Below are positions 27,371 through 41,103 of a stretch of DNA of 64,000 nt, piece after piece. Position 1 is the first letter of the stretch, and every line of letters begins with the position of its first letter. The notes beneath the pieces were generated by a model, which was given only the letters and a program-made list of their open reading frames with translations, was not told where the DNA came from and made no database searches. Source of the DNA: Eledone cirrhosa (lineage: Eukaryota); NCBI GenBank assembly GCA_964016885.1, contig OZ024741.1, positions 337,218,001 to 337,282,000 of the forward strand, in the 5' to 3' direction. The position numbers and the translations under genes were made by a program.

Positions 27371-28175
27371 CAGTGCATATTAGTAATTAATATTCCTATA
27401 TTGCATCTTAGATTTGCATGGAATTATAACAGAAGCAAAGGCTTGTGGCCATTACAAATCATTGCAACCTATTCCTGCAAGTATTTCTATATTCCATATA
27501 TCAGTAAAATATATTCACTTACCATATGTTAAAAGAAATATTTAAAGTCTTTCTCAAGTCAAGGGGTTCATCAGCTTGGAGTTTATCTATTCATGTAGCA
27601 TTAAGTGATTGATAGTACAAAACTTCATGGACAGGGAAGAGCAGGGCCCCACCCAGTTCATTGTAAAGTTACCCCTGCCACAACTGCTGCTGTTGCTGGT
27701 ACTCATTTTCAGCTGAGTAGAATAAAGTAACATGAAATGAAGTGGCTTTCTCAAGAACACAATACACACTCAGTACAGGAATTGAACATACTGTCTTACA
27801 ATTGTTAACCCAACACCCTAACCACTAGGTCACACACCTTCACATTTGTGACATAACCAACCCTTAATACCTTACGTGAAAAGGTTTTCAATAATACTTT
27901 ATTTACAAAACATTTTCCTTTCATAAAATTCGACTTATCTTTTCCCTACATATGCAAGTTAACAAATATTCAGGCAGACAGGAAACAATCCTTGTTATGG
28001 TGAAAAGATGGAAGCTTGCCTCCTGGTATGGTCATATATCCTGCCACAACTACTTGTCCAAAACTATCCTTCAGGGCACAGTTGAGGAAAGGTGAAGAAG
28101 AGGCAGATAAAGAAAATCCTGGTCCAACAACATTGAGACCCTTCTATGCATGATGCAGAATAGAGACCAAGGGCA

Positions 28176-28728
28176 ACAACTGACTGCAAAAGCATCTAGG
28201 GGAGCCCCCCAACGACAGGCTGCACTAGTTGCACATCTAGGAGGGCACCCCCAACAACTGACTGCACTAGTTGCACATCTAGAGGGGCGCCCCCAACAAC
28301 TGGCTGCACTAGTTGCACATCTAGAGGGGCACCCTCAACAACTGGCTGCACTAGTTGCACATCTAGAGGAACACCCCCAACAGCTGGCTGCACTAGTTGC
28401 ACATCTAGAGGGACACCTTCAACAACTGGCTGTACTAGTTGCACATCTAGAGGGGCACCCCCAACAGCTGGTTGCACTAGTTGCACATCTAGAGGGGCAC
28501 CCCAAACAACTGGCTGCACTAGTTGCACATCTAGAGGGGCACCCCCAATAACGGGCTGCATTAGTTGCACATCTAGAGGGACACCTTCAACAACTGGCTG
28601 CACTAGTTGCACATCTAGAGGGGCACCCCCAATAACTGGCTGCACTAGTTGCACATCTAGAGGGGCACCCCAGCAACTGGCTGCACTAGTTGCACATCTA
28701 GAGGGGCACCCCCAACAACTGGCTGCAC
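28176..28728 (+). repeat. 42-bp minisatellite, about 13 copies
   Basis: Unit AGGGGCACCCCCAACAACTGGCTGCACTAGTTGCACATCTAG. Confidence 0.95.
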
Positions 28729-29571
28729 CAATTATGGGAGCATGATGACATGATAATGATGATGCATTGAATAAACACTTTCATTACAGAAACCTGAATA
28801 TTTCAATGATTCAGAAATTGAAATGTTTAAAATTATAATAAGAACAAAAAAGTTTGTCAATTACTAAAATAAGTAATTAAATGTTTGCACCACCATCATC
28901 ATCATTTAAGTGGCAAATTGGTAGAGTCATCAGAAGGTCGCATAGAATGTTTTGTGGTATTCATTGCAGCTCTCAGTTCTCTGAGTTGAAATCCCACCAA
29001 GGTCAACTTTGCCTTTCATCCATTCATGGTTGATAAAAATAAGTATCAGTCTAGTATTGAGGTCGATTCTTCCTCTATATCTCTTTCTCACTTACATTAT
29101 CTCATTCTCTATCCTTCTCTGGAATTATTGTGTACAGTGCTCAGGTACACTACAACTCATCAAAGGTGTATGTATAGTACATATAATAATGTACAAAAGT
29201 CAGGAAAGTGAACAGTGTATAAGTCATGATATACACACACACACACACACATGCGTGTGTATGGAGGAGGAATATCAGGTGTAGAGTTGGCGAATTTCGG
29301 GAAACATGGAAGTTTTGAAGGATGCAGTGTCCTGACAGCTAACAACTGATGCAGGTAGTTTGTTCCATGCTTCAGCAACATTTTCCTTATATTTTCCAAG
29401 CTGTCATAAATTGGATCGGTTTTTTTAGGTTAGATAGTCAGTTCAGGTGATTACATCTTAGTCATACATTCCATTTTGCTATGGTCTTTACTGCTGGATG
29501 CTCATCTTAATATCAATTACTTTACAGCATGTACTGAGTTTATTTTCTCATGATACCACATCTAGCAAATG

Positions 29572-30110
29572 ACAGAGTGGGCTGGGTGCTTTTCTTATGG
29601 TACCACCACTACTACTTGACAAGATAGAACACTGAGTTTATATTTTTGTACCACAACTACCATTTAACAGGGCGGACTGGGTGCTTTTATCAATGGTACC
29701 ACCACTAGTACTTGACAGGTTGGACTGGGTGCTTTTTTTCATGATACCTCTACTACCACTTGAGAGCGTGGACTGGGTGCTTTTTTTCATAGTACACCAC
29801 TACCACTTAAGAAGGTGGGCCAGGTTTTTTTTTCATGGTACCATCACTACCATTTTTACAGAGTGGACTGGGTGCTTTTTTTCATGGTACCTCCACTATC
29901 ACTTGAGAGGGTGGGCCAGGTTCTTTTTTTCATGATACCACTACCATTTTTACAGGGTGGAGTGGGTGCTTTTTTTCATGGTACCACCATTACCACTTGA
30001 CAGGTTGGACTGGGTGCTTTTTATTCATCAACCACCACTACCACTTGACAGACAGTGGTGCTTTATTCCACTACTACTTTCCAGTGTAGGCTGAGTGCAT
30101 TTTATTGTGG
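29572..30110 (+). repeat. About 48-bp degenerate tandem repeat, about 11 copies
   Basis: Unit approx GGACTGGGTGCTTTTTTTCATGGTACCACCACTACCACTTGACAG. Confidence 0.88.
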
Positions 30111-31183
30111 GTCCAATAATACCTTATTTCAACACCAGGGTACTTGCATCCTTAGCTGGACTGGGAGGATAATGCTAAAGTATTGAACAGTTTATAATAA
30201 CTAGGCAATAGATTAGTATTATCTGGGGCTTAACTTATTTCCTCTAATTCTTTTGTGAGAAACATCTTAAAATGTGAATATATTATAGATATGGAACAAT
30301 GCAGCTTTACTGGAATCAGACTGTCTTAGAGAAGACAAGCCTCAGATTTAATAGGAAAATTTACCAAACAAAGAAAATGATATAATTAGACACACATACA
30401 CAAACTTAACTAAATAATTAGTAAAATTGGACACACATGCATACACATTTATGCATACATATGCACACACACACACACAAACTTAACTAAAGAATTAGTA
30501 AAATTAGACACATATGCACACACATTTATGCACGCACATATGCATACACAAACACATACACCTATGGTGGGCTGAAAAGTTCATACACACACAAACATAT
30601 TCAAGATTAACAAAACCATTTGTAGAATTACACACATATGCACACACATACTTGCATACAAATACATACGCATACACACATATGAAGGTCAGCTGAAAAG
30701 TTCATAGGCAGACTATGAAGGGGTGATACTAGAGCTGTGAAACCTTGTATGCATTAATTTCAACTCTTCTTAATAATAACTGCCTTGTTTCTTTCCATGG
30801 ACTATGTTGAACAATAAGCTTCATTCGGTTATTCCATGAGAGTATCTTAGTCAGCCTATGAACGTTTTAGCTAATCCTTGCACATGCACACACATACATG
30901 CATACATGTGCATACACATACACACACACACACATACATGCACACACATACATGCTCACAAATACCCACACACATACATGTGTTTGTGCAAACGCACACA
31001 TACCCATATATGGCACCCGTCACATACACACAAAATCACAAATAAGGGAACCTCTATGCAGCTACCCAACTTGCTAGAAATAGAAGTAAAATCTTCCTTG
31101 AAATGCACCTTACCATTTCAAGAGTGGTGACACAAGTAGTTCCATCATCATCATCATCATTTAAATGGGAAAATTAATGTTAA

Positions 31184-31216
<33 letters not shown>

Positions 31217-32849
31217 TAGTCATAGATATACAAAAAGATGAGATTGTCACAGTTAGAATCAATTTGGTTCCAGGGCTGATGGTGAGCTGACACATACACA
31301 TACATATTTATAAGCATCCTCACACACACATACACTCACACATACACAAACATGCTCATATATACACCCACACACATACTCATACACACTCACATATACA
31401 TATACACAAACACACACAAACATGCTCAAATACACACATACTCATACATACTTATACACACATACTCACACACACAAACATTCTAATAAGCATACTCCCA
31501 CATGCATACCTACTCTCATACACACACATATATACTCGCATACATGCACACTTATTCACACACAGATACATACACCCATACACACACATTCACAAACATA
31601 AACACATATGCACCCATATACATACACACACACCACACTCACACATATGCTTACTTATACACAAACAAAGATATATAGATACACTCATACAAACATACAC
31701 TCAAAGACACATGCACTGATATACACATACATACACCGACACACACACACACACAGAGTATATCAGAAATTAATTTCTTGTTGTAAAAACTCAAGAAGAA
31801 GAAGAAGAAGAATGACAACAACAACAACAACAACAACAATAACAGCAGCAGCAAGATGATGCCTAAATTGAAATAATTGTCATGTTTGATGTTATCACTC
31901 AATTAATAAATTTTAGCTGAGTTTTACAAGGAAATAACATTAATGTAGTGTTTCCTGATTAGAAGAGTGTGTGAGGGGGAGAGAACTCCAATCCAATCCA
32001 CAAAACATTTTATTTCATCTTTCTCAACACGTAATCTTGGGAAATTTCTTTTGAAGGGATGTGTCAAGACTATTTGAGAAGAACAAAGAGTGAAGATGGT
32101 AGAAGAGGAGAGAAGGGACTAATATATAGAGAGAGGGGGGAGGAGAGAAGTGTTGCAGGAGAGGGGAGAAAAGGGAGAACAGACTATTATAGAGAGGGGG
32201 AGAGATGTGTTGAAGGGAAGGGGAAAGAGAGGAGAAGGAGAGAGACAATTGTTGAAAAGGAGAAGAGAGAGAGAGCGGCATGTGTCAAAGGGAAGGAAAA
32301 GAGAGAGAAACACAGGTTGGAGAGAGGGAGAGTGGAGAGAGAGAGGGAGAGAGAGAGAAAGAGAGAAGTATTGAAGGGGAGGACAGGAGAGAAGGAGAGA
32401 AAAGAGGAAATGAGGAGAGATGGAGAGAGAAAAGACAAGTGTTGAAGAGAAGGAGCAGAGAAGATGTGAGAGGTGTTGTTATAACTGTCAATGTATATAT
32501 GCCTGAATACACATAAAATCAACTTTAAAAATTGTTTTCACAGTCTCCAAATGAATGGAAGACATTTGTGTCAAAATGGAATTATTGGAGGAAAGCAGCA
32601 AGGTTAAGATGTTCTTTACAGTAGAACAAACTCAATTAAAATCTGTTTTAATCTTCTACTTTCAGAAATTAAACAAAAATGAATGAGAAAAAAATGAAAT
32701 GAAATGAAAAGGAGGTGGAGGTGTCAGGGAAAATATTTATTTTGCTTGTCTTGCCCCTGGTACACCACACTAATCATCCAGGCCTCCAGTTTAACATTGT
32801 CACCTGGACATTAGCTGCCTTTAACAGATCTCTGGTTTTGAAATATCTT

Positions 32850-33205
32850 CTGCCCACTCTCTCCCTCCAATTAGTAACAGAAGGCTTGGAAAGGGTCAGG
32901 GCCATTGTCCTAACCCTTCCTCCATCTCTCCCTCCCACTAATCTCAGAAAGCCTAGAAAGGATCAGGGGATCTTACCTTCCCTCCTTAAACCTAACCTTT
33001 GTCCTCTCTCTCACCCCCTGCCACAAATCTCAGAAGGCCTGGAAAAGTCCAGGGACATTGCCTTTCTCTCTTTAACCTTAACCCTAACCTTTCAGGGGTA
33101 TTGCCCTTTTCTCTCTAACCCTAACCTTTCCTTCCTCTCTCTTTCCCTACCACTATTTTCAGAAGGCCTAGAAAAGTATAGGGGTATTGTCCTTCCCTCC
33201 CTAAC
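32850..33205 (+). repeat. Degenerate tandem repeat
   Basis: About 4 recurrences of CAGAAGGCCTAGAAAAG..GGG.ATTG.CC..CCTAACC. Confidence 0.65.
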
Positions 33206-34534
33206 TAAACAGCAAAAAAATATATATGCATATGGAAGTTTGCTATGTTATATTTCATTATCATCACAGTTTAACAACTATTTTTCCATGCTTGCTTGAA
33301 TTAGATTAGTTGTAACATTGTGATGCTAGACATGTCAGCTGACCACATCTTGTTCATAGGTTCAGTTTTTTAATTAAGTGTCAGGTCGGATAAATATATT
33401 TTATTCCTATTATGTAACAATTAACTCTTATCGTCCTGTTCCACAAGAAACCACATTAGCAAGACATTCTTGAAAAATACAAAGCAGCACTATGGTTGCA
33501 TCATCATAATTCTATATCCATTTTTCCATATTTGCATTAAAAATTACAGTCTTTAATACAGAAAATTTTCACTGTATTCTGTCGAGTAATTAAGATACTA
33601 TATATATTTGAATTAAAACCTTTTACAGATATTTTCTGCTAAATCATTACAGTATGTTTAAAGTTAATGAAGAATTTTGAGTGTTTTACTAAAATTCACA
33701 TGGCTCTTATAGCAAATTAGGGTGGCTTTTAAAATTGGGGGATGGTGTTTCATAGAACTAGAACCATTTTTGGTCAGGTTGGTATCAGAAATGTTATATA
33801 AGAACCTTTTTTAAATGGGGGGGGGGGTCATAGAACCAAAGTGAGTTTTGGCTAGGTTGATATCAAAAAGGTTAAATAGGAAATTTTTTAAATGGGTCTT
33901 TTGTTTCCTATAAACAAAGCCAGTTTTGACTGTGTTGGTATCAAAATGGTTAAATAACAATGAAACTGATCGGTTTGATCTTTGTTGGAAGACTTAATCC
34001 ATTTCTTGATTCTATCACCACTACCTGCATCATACGAAATGTTTGATCTTGGTGCCTAGTCAGAAGATAACTTCCAACCACCAGTCTTAAAACTCTAAAA
34101 AACATCATTGGAACTGCTGTTTTGCTTTCTCTAACAACCCCATAAAATTAATAGCATAAAAACAGCCAGAAACTGTTGAAAAAGCCATTGTGGTTGAAAT
34201 CTCAGGTCAAACCTCAATATCATATATATGGACATCATCATCACCATTTTATGTTATTTTCCATGCTTGCATGGGTTAGACAGATTGTCACAGATTGTTA
34301 GACAGATTGTCACTGTGTCATGCTCATACATTCCATTTTCCCATGGTTTCCAGGGTTGGATACACTTCTTAATGCAGATAATATCACAGCGTATACTATC
34401 TTTATTTTCTTATGGGACCACAATTATCACCTGACAGAGTTGCACAGAGTGCTTTTTATCAAGGCACCGACACTACCATTTTACAGTAAGGTTTCATTAC
34501 ATTCTGTTAGCCCCAACACTACCACTCTACACAG

Positions 34535-37326
34535 TCATCATCATCATCATCACCGTTTTACGTCCGTTCTTCCATGCTAGCATGGGTTAGACGGGTTGTC
34601 CTGTTGTGGGCAGTGTCTGGTCGGCTGACCATGCCTTGCTCATACAGGAACTGATTTTGGCTTGATTTCTACAGCTGGATGCCCTTCCTAACACCAACCT
34701 CATTTACAGTGAGTGCTGGGTGCTTTTTTCCATGGCACCTACACGTCCACTTTACAGTGTGGGCTGGGTGCTTTTTTGCCGTGGCACCTCCACGACCACT
34801 TTGCAGTGGGAGGGTGTGGGAGCATGTTGTCTATATGCTTCAGCTTGTACCCATGGGAGGTCGAGTACTCTGTATTACTGCGTGACGCCAGAGGTCACGG
34901 TCGTGTGTCATCGCCTTTGAGAGGTGTAATTGGGTAAGGTCGGCTTTTATCACCTCATCCCAGCTCTTCTTGGGTCTCCCCACTCCGCAGTTTCCATTGA
35001 CATCTAGTGCTTTACACCTTTTTATGCAGCTGTCATCCTTCATACGCATCACATGTCCATACCAACGCAACTGCCTCTCCTGCACACAGCATTTGATTCC
35101 TCTTATGCTCAGTCTCTCTCTCAATTCATTTATGCTTTGCTGTTCGAGTATATTACTATTACACATCCATCGGAGCATGCAGGCTTCGTTTCTTTCTAAT
35201 CTACGTAAGTCTTCCACCTTCAGCGCCCAGGTCTCACTACCATGTAACATTGCTGTTCGTATACACGCATCATACAGTCTGCCTTTCATTTTGAGGGAAA
35301 AGCCTTTTGCAGCTAGCAGTGGCAGTAGTTCCCTGAACTTCTTCCATCCCGTTCTTACCCTAGTTATTGTACTTTCTGAACACCCACCTCAGCTGCTATT
35401 TCGGTCACCTAGGTAGTAGAAGCTGTCTACTGTTTCTACAGAGCCCACCCAGAGATTGGTGGTACTTGTTTCCTGTGGCTGTTTGCTGCTTGCTGTCCCA
35501 GCACAGCTGCTAGATGTGAAGCCTACATTCTTAATTAAGCTACCTATGATCCCGCTACATCTCTTGTCTACCCATTGTTTGCATTTGGGGCAGAGAATGG
35601 AGTTCCTACCTACACCTTTCCTACATACTGAGCAAGGCCATTTCCCTGAGGGGATCTGGGTTCTGTTTTCTAGTCACTTACAAGGACCTTAGTCTTTGTC
35701 AGGTTGACTTTGAGACCCTTTCTTTCTAGTCCCTGCTTCCAAGTTTGGAATTTCTTCTCTAGTTCTACCATAGATTCAGCTATAAGTGCGAGGTCATCTG
35801 CATACAGGAGTTCCCATGGGCATCCGGTCTTAAACTCCTCCGTTATTGCCTGCAGGACTATGATGAACCGGAGAGGGCTAAGAACAGAGCCCTGGTGGAC
35901 ACCAACCTGTACGCTAAATTCCTCGCTATACTCATTGCTAATCCTAACTTTGCTGACTGCTCCCCTATACATGGCTTGTACAGCTTTCACAAGCCATTCA
36001 TCTACTCCTAGTTTTCTAAGACCCCACCAGATTATAGCACGTGGAACTTTGTCAAAGGCTTTCTTGAGATCGATGAATGCCAGGTAGAGTGGCTTACTTT
36101 TAGCTAGGTACTTTTCCTATAACTGCCTCACAAGGAAGGGGGCATCAGTGGTGCCTCTTCCTGGTACAAACCCAAATTATCTAGTTTCAGCCGGTCCCTA
36201 ATCAACTGTGTTATAACTCTTTCTGTTACTTTCATGACCTGGTCCATCAGCTTTATACCTCTATAGTTTCCTCTATCTAGTGCATCACCTTTACCTTTGT
36301 AGCAGTTGACAATGATGCTACTGCACCAATCTTTTTGTATGACACCTTCTAGTATTACCTGGTTAACAATACGTGTGGTTATAGTGTGACCTACAGACCC
36401 AGATGCCTTCAGCATCTCGGCAGCTATACCCGATGGACCGGTTGCCTTCCCCATCTTCATATCTTTGATTGCCTTACTTACTACGCTGCTGCTGACTTGT
36501 ACTGCTGGCCCCTCTATAGGGTCTACTTGGGGTAGGGTCTCTTCTTCCCATGCATTCTCCTCATTTAGTAATCTATCATAATGGCTCTTCCATGCATCTT
36601 TCTTCTCAGCATTTGTGAGGGCAAGCTCACCTTTATCATTCCGGATACACTTCTCTCCAATGACATCACAATTCTCTCTGACACACTGCCTCGCAATCTT
36701 GAAGACCTCCTGTTTCTGGTCCTCATGTTGCAAAACATGCTTGAATTTTCTATCCTCTGCTTTCCTCCTAGCTAAGTATACTTGTCGCCTAGCTTCCCTC
36801 CTAGTCTCTATGTAATATACCCTGCCTCCCCCATTCTTGTATTCTTTCCATGCCTGTCTCTTGGCCTTAAATGCCTCATCTACCTTATTGTTCCACCACC
36901 AAGTCACTCTCCTCCTGCTTGTGGTCTTACTCCAGTAAGTTATTTTTTAGGAACTCCCAGTGCTCTTCTACATTGAATGTCTCTATCTGTTCTTCTTTAC
37001 TGTCGTAGGTGTTGAGTAAAATATCTTTAAATCTGTTACTGGCAGAGGGGTCTTTCAGCTTCCAGATGTTTCTTCTCCAGGTTGGCCTCTGTTTCCAGGT
37101 TCGTCTAGTTCTGACCGTGAGGTCGCTGACAACTAAGCTATGTTGGGAAGTACATTCCTCACTAGGGAAGGCTTTTGTGTTTACGACCGTCCATCTGTCA
37201 CGTCTTCTGATGAGGATAAGATCTATCTGACTAGAATGCTCCCCTGTTCTATAGGTGATCAGGTCGTTGTCAGGCTTTTTGAAGTTTGTGTTACATATCG
37301 ACATGTCATTGGCGTTGCAGAATTCT
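34535..37326 (-). mobile_element. RTE-clade non-LTR retrotransposon, 5'-truncated and frameshifted (APE endonuclease C-terminus, RT, 3'UTR, (GAT)n tail)
   Basis: ORF pieces 36927-37304 (NTNFKK..ITY..SQIDLIL..SQHSLVV), 36128-36907 (KATGPSGI..YKGKGDALDRGNYRGIKL), 35670-35990 (GVHQGSVLSP..ELLYADDL), 34840-35289 (HGSETW..QLRWYGHVMRM..GRPKKSW); tail reads (CAT)n on + strand. Confidence 0.95.
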
Positions 37327-37755
37327 AAATACAGTATATGTATTTATTTATTCATAACATAGTCACAGAATGTATCTTGTTTATTTATACTAATGGTGAT
37401 GACCTTATGTAAAGTGTCTGTGATGATGGATATACATCAACAACAACAAAAATAAAACTAATAATAATAATAATAATAATGCTTTCTTTATTAACCACAA
37501 GAGTTGACATAAAGTATAATATTAAGGACAGCACAGGACAATACAGGATGGTACAAATGGGCTTGTCTGCATGTAAAAACAAAAAACAAAGGATGTAACA
37601 AAAAAGAAACAGGGAAAAATTCCCCAATAGGGGGAGAGACCTCCGAGGGTCACTCGTGGAGAAATCCCACAAAAAAGCCTCAGTTACCTACAATACTACA
37701 AGCAGACGCTCACGGCAGGCTCATTCACATAGGCCATTCTTGCCTCTCTCACATG

Positions 37756-38395
37756 ATAATGATTTCTACGATAGACACAAGACCAGCAATTTTGGGGGCA
37801 GGGGAAAGTTGATTAAAACAACACCAGTGTGTTACTGGTACTTTATTTCATCGACCTCGTAAGGATGAAAGGCAAAGCTAACCTCAGCTGGATCTTAACT
37901 CAGACCGAAAAGTGATATAACTATATGCTACAAAGCATGCAGCCCAATGCTCTACCGATTCTGCCAATCCACTGCCCTCACTAATGATAATAATAATAAT
38001 TGTTTCTACTTTTGGCACAAGGCCAGCAATTACCCCAGTGCATAACTGGTACTTTATTTTATCAACCCCATAAGGATGAAAGGCTAAGTTAACCTCTGCG
38101 GGATTTGAACTCAGTTCATAAAGAGACGTAACTCTACCAATACTTCCTATCGACTGCCTTAATAATAATAATAATTGTTTCTACATTTGGCACAAGGCCA
38201 GCAATTACCCAGTGTATTACTGGTACTTTATTTTATTGACCCCGTAAGGATGAAAGGCAAAGTTAACCTCGGCGGGATTTGAAATCAGAATGGCACGGTC
38301 CGTAACTCTATGCGTCAAAGCATGACGTCCAACCCTCTAATAATAATAATAAATGTTTCTACTTTTGGCACAAGGCCAGCAATTACCCCAGTGCA
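37756..38395 (-). mobile_element. Tandem cluster of about 4 SINE family B copies
   Basis: Repeated ataattgtttctac..ggcacaaggccagcaatt..ggatgaaaggcaaagttaacctc units head-to-tail. Confidence 0.85.
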
Positions 38396-39035
38396 AAATG
38401 TTAACGATTTCTTTATTAACCACAAAGGGTTTACATAAGGAAAAGCATTAAGAACAGCACAGGACAAAACATTGAGTGTGTGTGTCTGTATGCCTGTATG
38501 TGTATGTATGTGCGTGTATGTATGTGTATATATGTATGTGTGTATGTATCTGTGCGTGATAGTGTGTATATGTGTATGTATGTGCATGTGTATGTATATG
38601 TATGTATGTTCATGTGAATGTGTTTGTAAATGAGTATGTATGTGTATGTGAATGTGTGTGTAAATGTGCATGCATATGTGTGTGTGTTTGTGTGTATGTG
38701 AATGTGTGTATGTGTTCATGTGTGTGTATGTGAATATGTGTGTAAATATGTGTGTATGTGTATGTGTGTGTTTTCGTGTGAATGTGTATGTAAATGTGTG
38801 TGTAAATGTGTATGTGCATGTAAATGTGTATGTGTATGGTGGTTTTGTGTGTAAATATTTATGTATGTGTATGTGTATGTGTATGTGTGTGTTTTTGTGT
38901 GTGCTGGTTTTGTGTGTAAACAGGTTCAGATATAATAACAATATCCACTTCATTGTTGTTCATTTTGCATAAAAACCTTTTCTGAATGTTATTCCGTTTG
39001 GTTTCTTTATTATTATTTTTTTCTGCTGGTTTCAG

Positions 39036-39207
39036 GTGACACAAATAACAACACAAGGAAAAGATAATAATAAAAAAGGATATTTATCTACTACAACTGC
39101 AACAAATACAACTGATCACTTTTCTGAAATGTCAACAATGTCTTCTTATACTGACAGTGGACATGGAGGAAGTGAAGCTGACACTGGATACTATGAAGAG
39201 CTACCAT
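39036..39207 (+). CDS. Internal coding exon of host gene, probable protocadherin cytoplasmic domain (VTQITTQGKDNNKKGYLSTTTATNTTDHFSEMSTMSSYTDSGHGGSEADTGYYEELP)
   Basis: Polypyrimidine tract + ttcag acceptor ending 39035, open frame, gtatgt donor at 39208 (phase 1). DSGHGGSE resembles the DSG-x-G-x-S core of the conserved CM1 motif of delta-protocadherin tails. Phase matches the exon at 45116. Confidence 0.7.
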
Positions 39208-39367
39208 GTATGTTATGCAAATGTTATTTTTGCATGTATTTCAATAGTTTTTGCATGATTAATGAATTATATAGAAACACAACAGGACAAGGAGGTAGTT
39301 TCTATACTGTTGCTGACATTGCTAAAAATAAGGAGCCAAATCAGCTTTAAATCATGTTCTACAGTCA

Positions 39368-39405
<38 letters not shown>

Positions 39406-39446
39406 GTATATATCTTATCAAATGATTCTATGGACATTCTTTATAG

Positions 39447-39493
<47 letters not shown>

Positions 39494-39920
39494 TGTGAGA
39501 AAAACCACAGACCCTCCATCTCAACTCTACTTTTGAAAAGCAGAACTGCGAAACTGGTAAAGGAACCAAATAAATATATATTTTTTTTTAAATAAGACTC
39601 CAGTTGCATTTTCGATTTCATCTTTTTTTCTTTATACTTTCACTCGGTTATTTTTCATTTTGTAAAAAAAACCTCACTTACTAATATATATATATATATA
39701 TATATCATCATCATCATCATCATCATCGTTTAACGTCCGTGTTCCACGCTTGCATGGGTTTGGACGGGGGTTTTCCCACTTGAGGCAAGAGTGATTGTCT
39801 TGCTCGCATAGGACTGTCTGGCGGGTTTTCTACAGCTGGATGCCCTTCCTAACACCAACCACATTTACAGTGTGGGGCTGGGAGGTTTTTACCGTGTTGC
39901 CTACACGGCCACATTACAGC

Positions 39921-39979
<59 letters not shown>

Positions 39980-39992
39980 CAAATATATATAC

Positions 39993-40025
<33 letters not shown>

Positions 40026-40235
40026 TATATATATATGTATATGTATATATATATTTATATATATATGTATATGTATATATATATTTATATATATATATAT
40101 AATATATACATACATAAATATGTATATATATACATGTATATATACATACATATATATGTATATATGCGCATGTATATATATATATATGTATATATACACA
40201 TATATATATATACACATGTGTGTATATATATAGAG

Positions 40236-40566
40236 AGTGGTTAGAGCATTGGCCTTGCAATCGAAAGGTTGTGAGTTCAATTCTCAGACTGGGTGATGTG
40301 TTGTTTCCTTGAGCAAGACACTTTATTTCACATTGCTCCAGTTTACTCAGCTGTAGAAATGAGATGATAGGGAATGGGTTCCCTATCATTCCACTGCAAA
40401 GTGGTTGTGGAGGTGCCACGGCAAAAGAGCACCCAGCACTCACTGTAAATAAGGTTGGTGTTAGGAAGGGCATCCAGCTGTAGAAATCAAGCTAGAATCA
40501 GTTCCCGTCCCACCCTTGCAAGCAGGGAAAAGCGGACATAAAATGATGATGATGATGATGATGATG
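40236..40566 (+). mobile_element. SINE family A copy
   Basis: Matches family A; (GAT)n tail; within (TA)n. Confidence 0.88.
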
Positions 40567-40605
40567 TATATATAGTATATACACACATGTATATATAAGT
40601 ATATA

Positions 40606-40644
<39 letters not shown>

Positions 40645-40693
40645 GTATATATACACATATATATACATATAAATACATATATATATATTATAT

Positions 40694-40753
<60 letters not shown>

Positions 40754-40808
40754 GTGGGAAAGTAAAAATCGGAGAATAGACCGTTAAAACATGTTTATTT
40801 AAAATATC

Positions 40809-40845
40809 ACCTACGTACGTTTCGCCCAGTTGGGCTTCTCAAGGG
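40809..40845 (-). ncRNA. Hammerhead variant with U3-A8 core (TTGAGAA)
   Basis: Minus strand CC-TTGAGAA-GCCCA-AC-TGGGC-GAA-AC-GTAC-GT-A-GG; stem I only 2 bp. Confidence 0.6.
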
Positions 40846-41103
40846 CATAAATAATCACAAGTGTTCCTTATATAGTTCGGAAAGAGTTTTGGGGGTTAAA
40901 TCTACATCAAGATTCATTGCATACACTGTAAACGAGGTTGACAAATGTGGTCACCAAGCGAGAAACAGTTCTGTATGACCAAGACATGTTCACCTGACCA
41001 AACTTGCCTCAAACAGGACAATCCAGCTATTTCATGTTAGCATGTAAAATGGATGTTAAACGATGATTATGATGATATATATATATATATATATACATAT
41101 GTA

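Noticed and set aside
28150-28728. CRISPR-like array or repeat-protein gene
   Set aside because: Contiguous 42-bp units without unique spacers, no cas genes, derived from an RTE tail.
32715-33299. 194-aa ORF
   Set aside because: Overlaps a degenerate tandem repeat; no recognisable domain.
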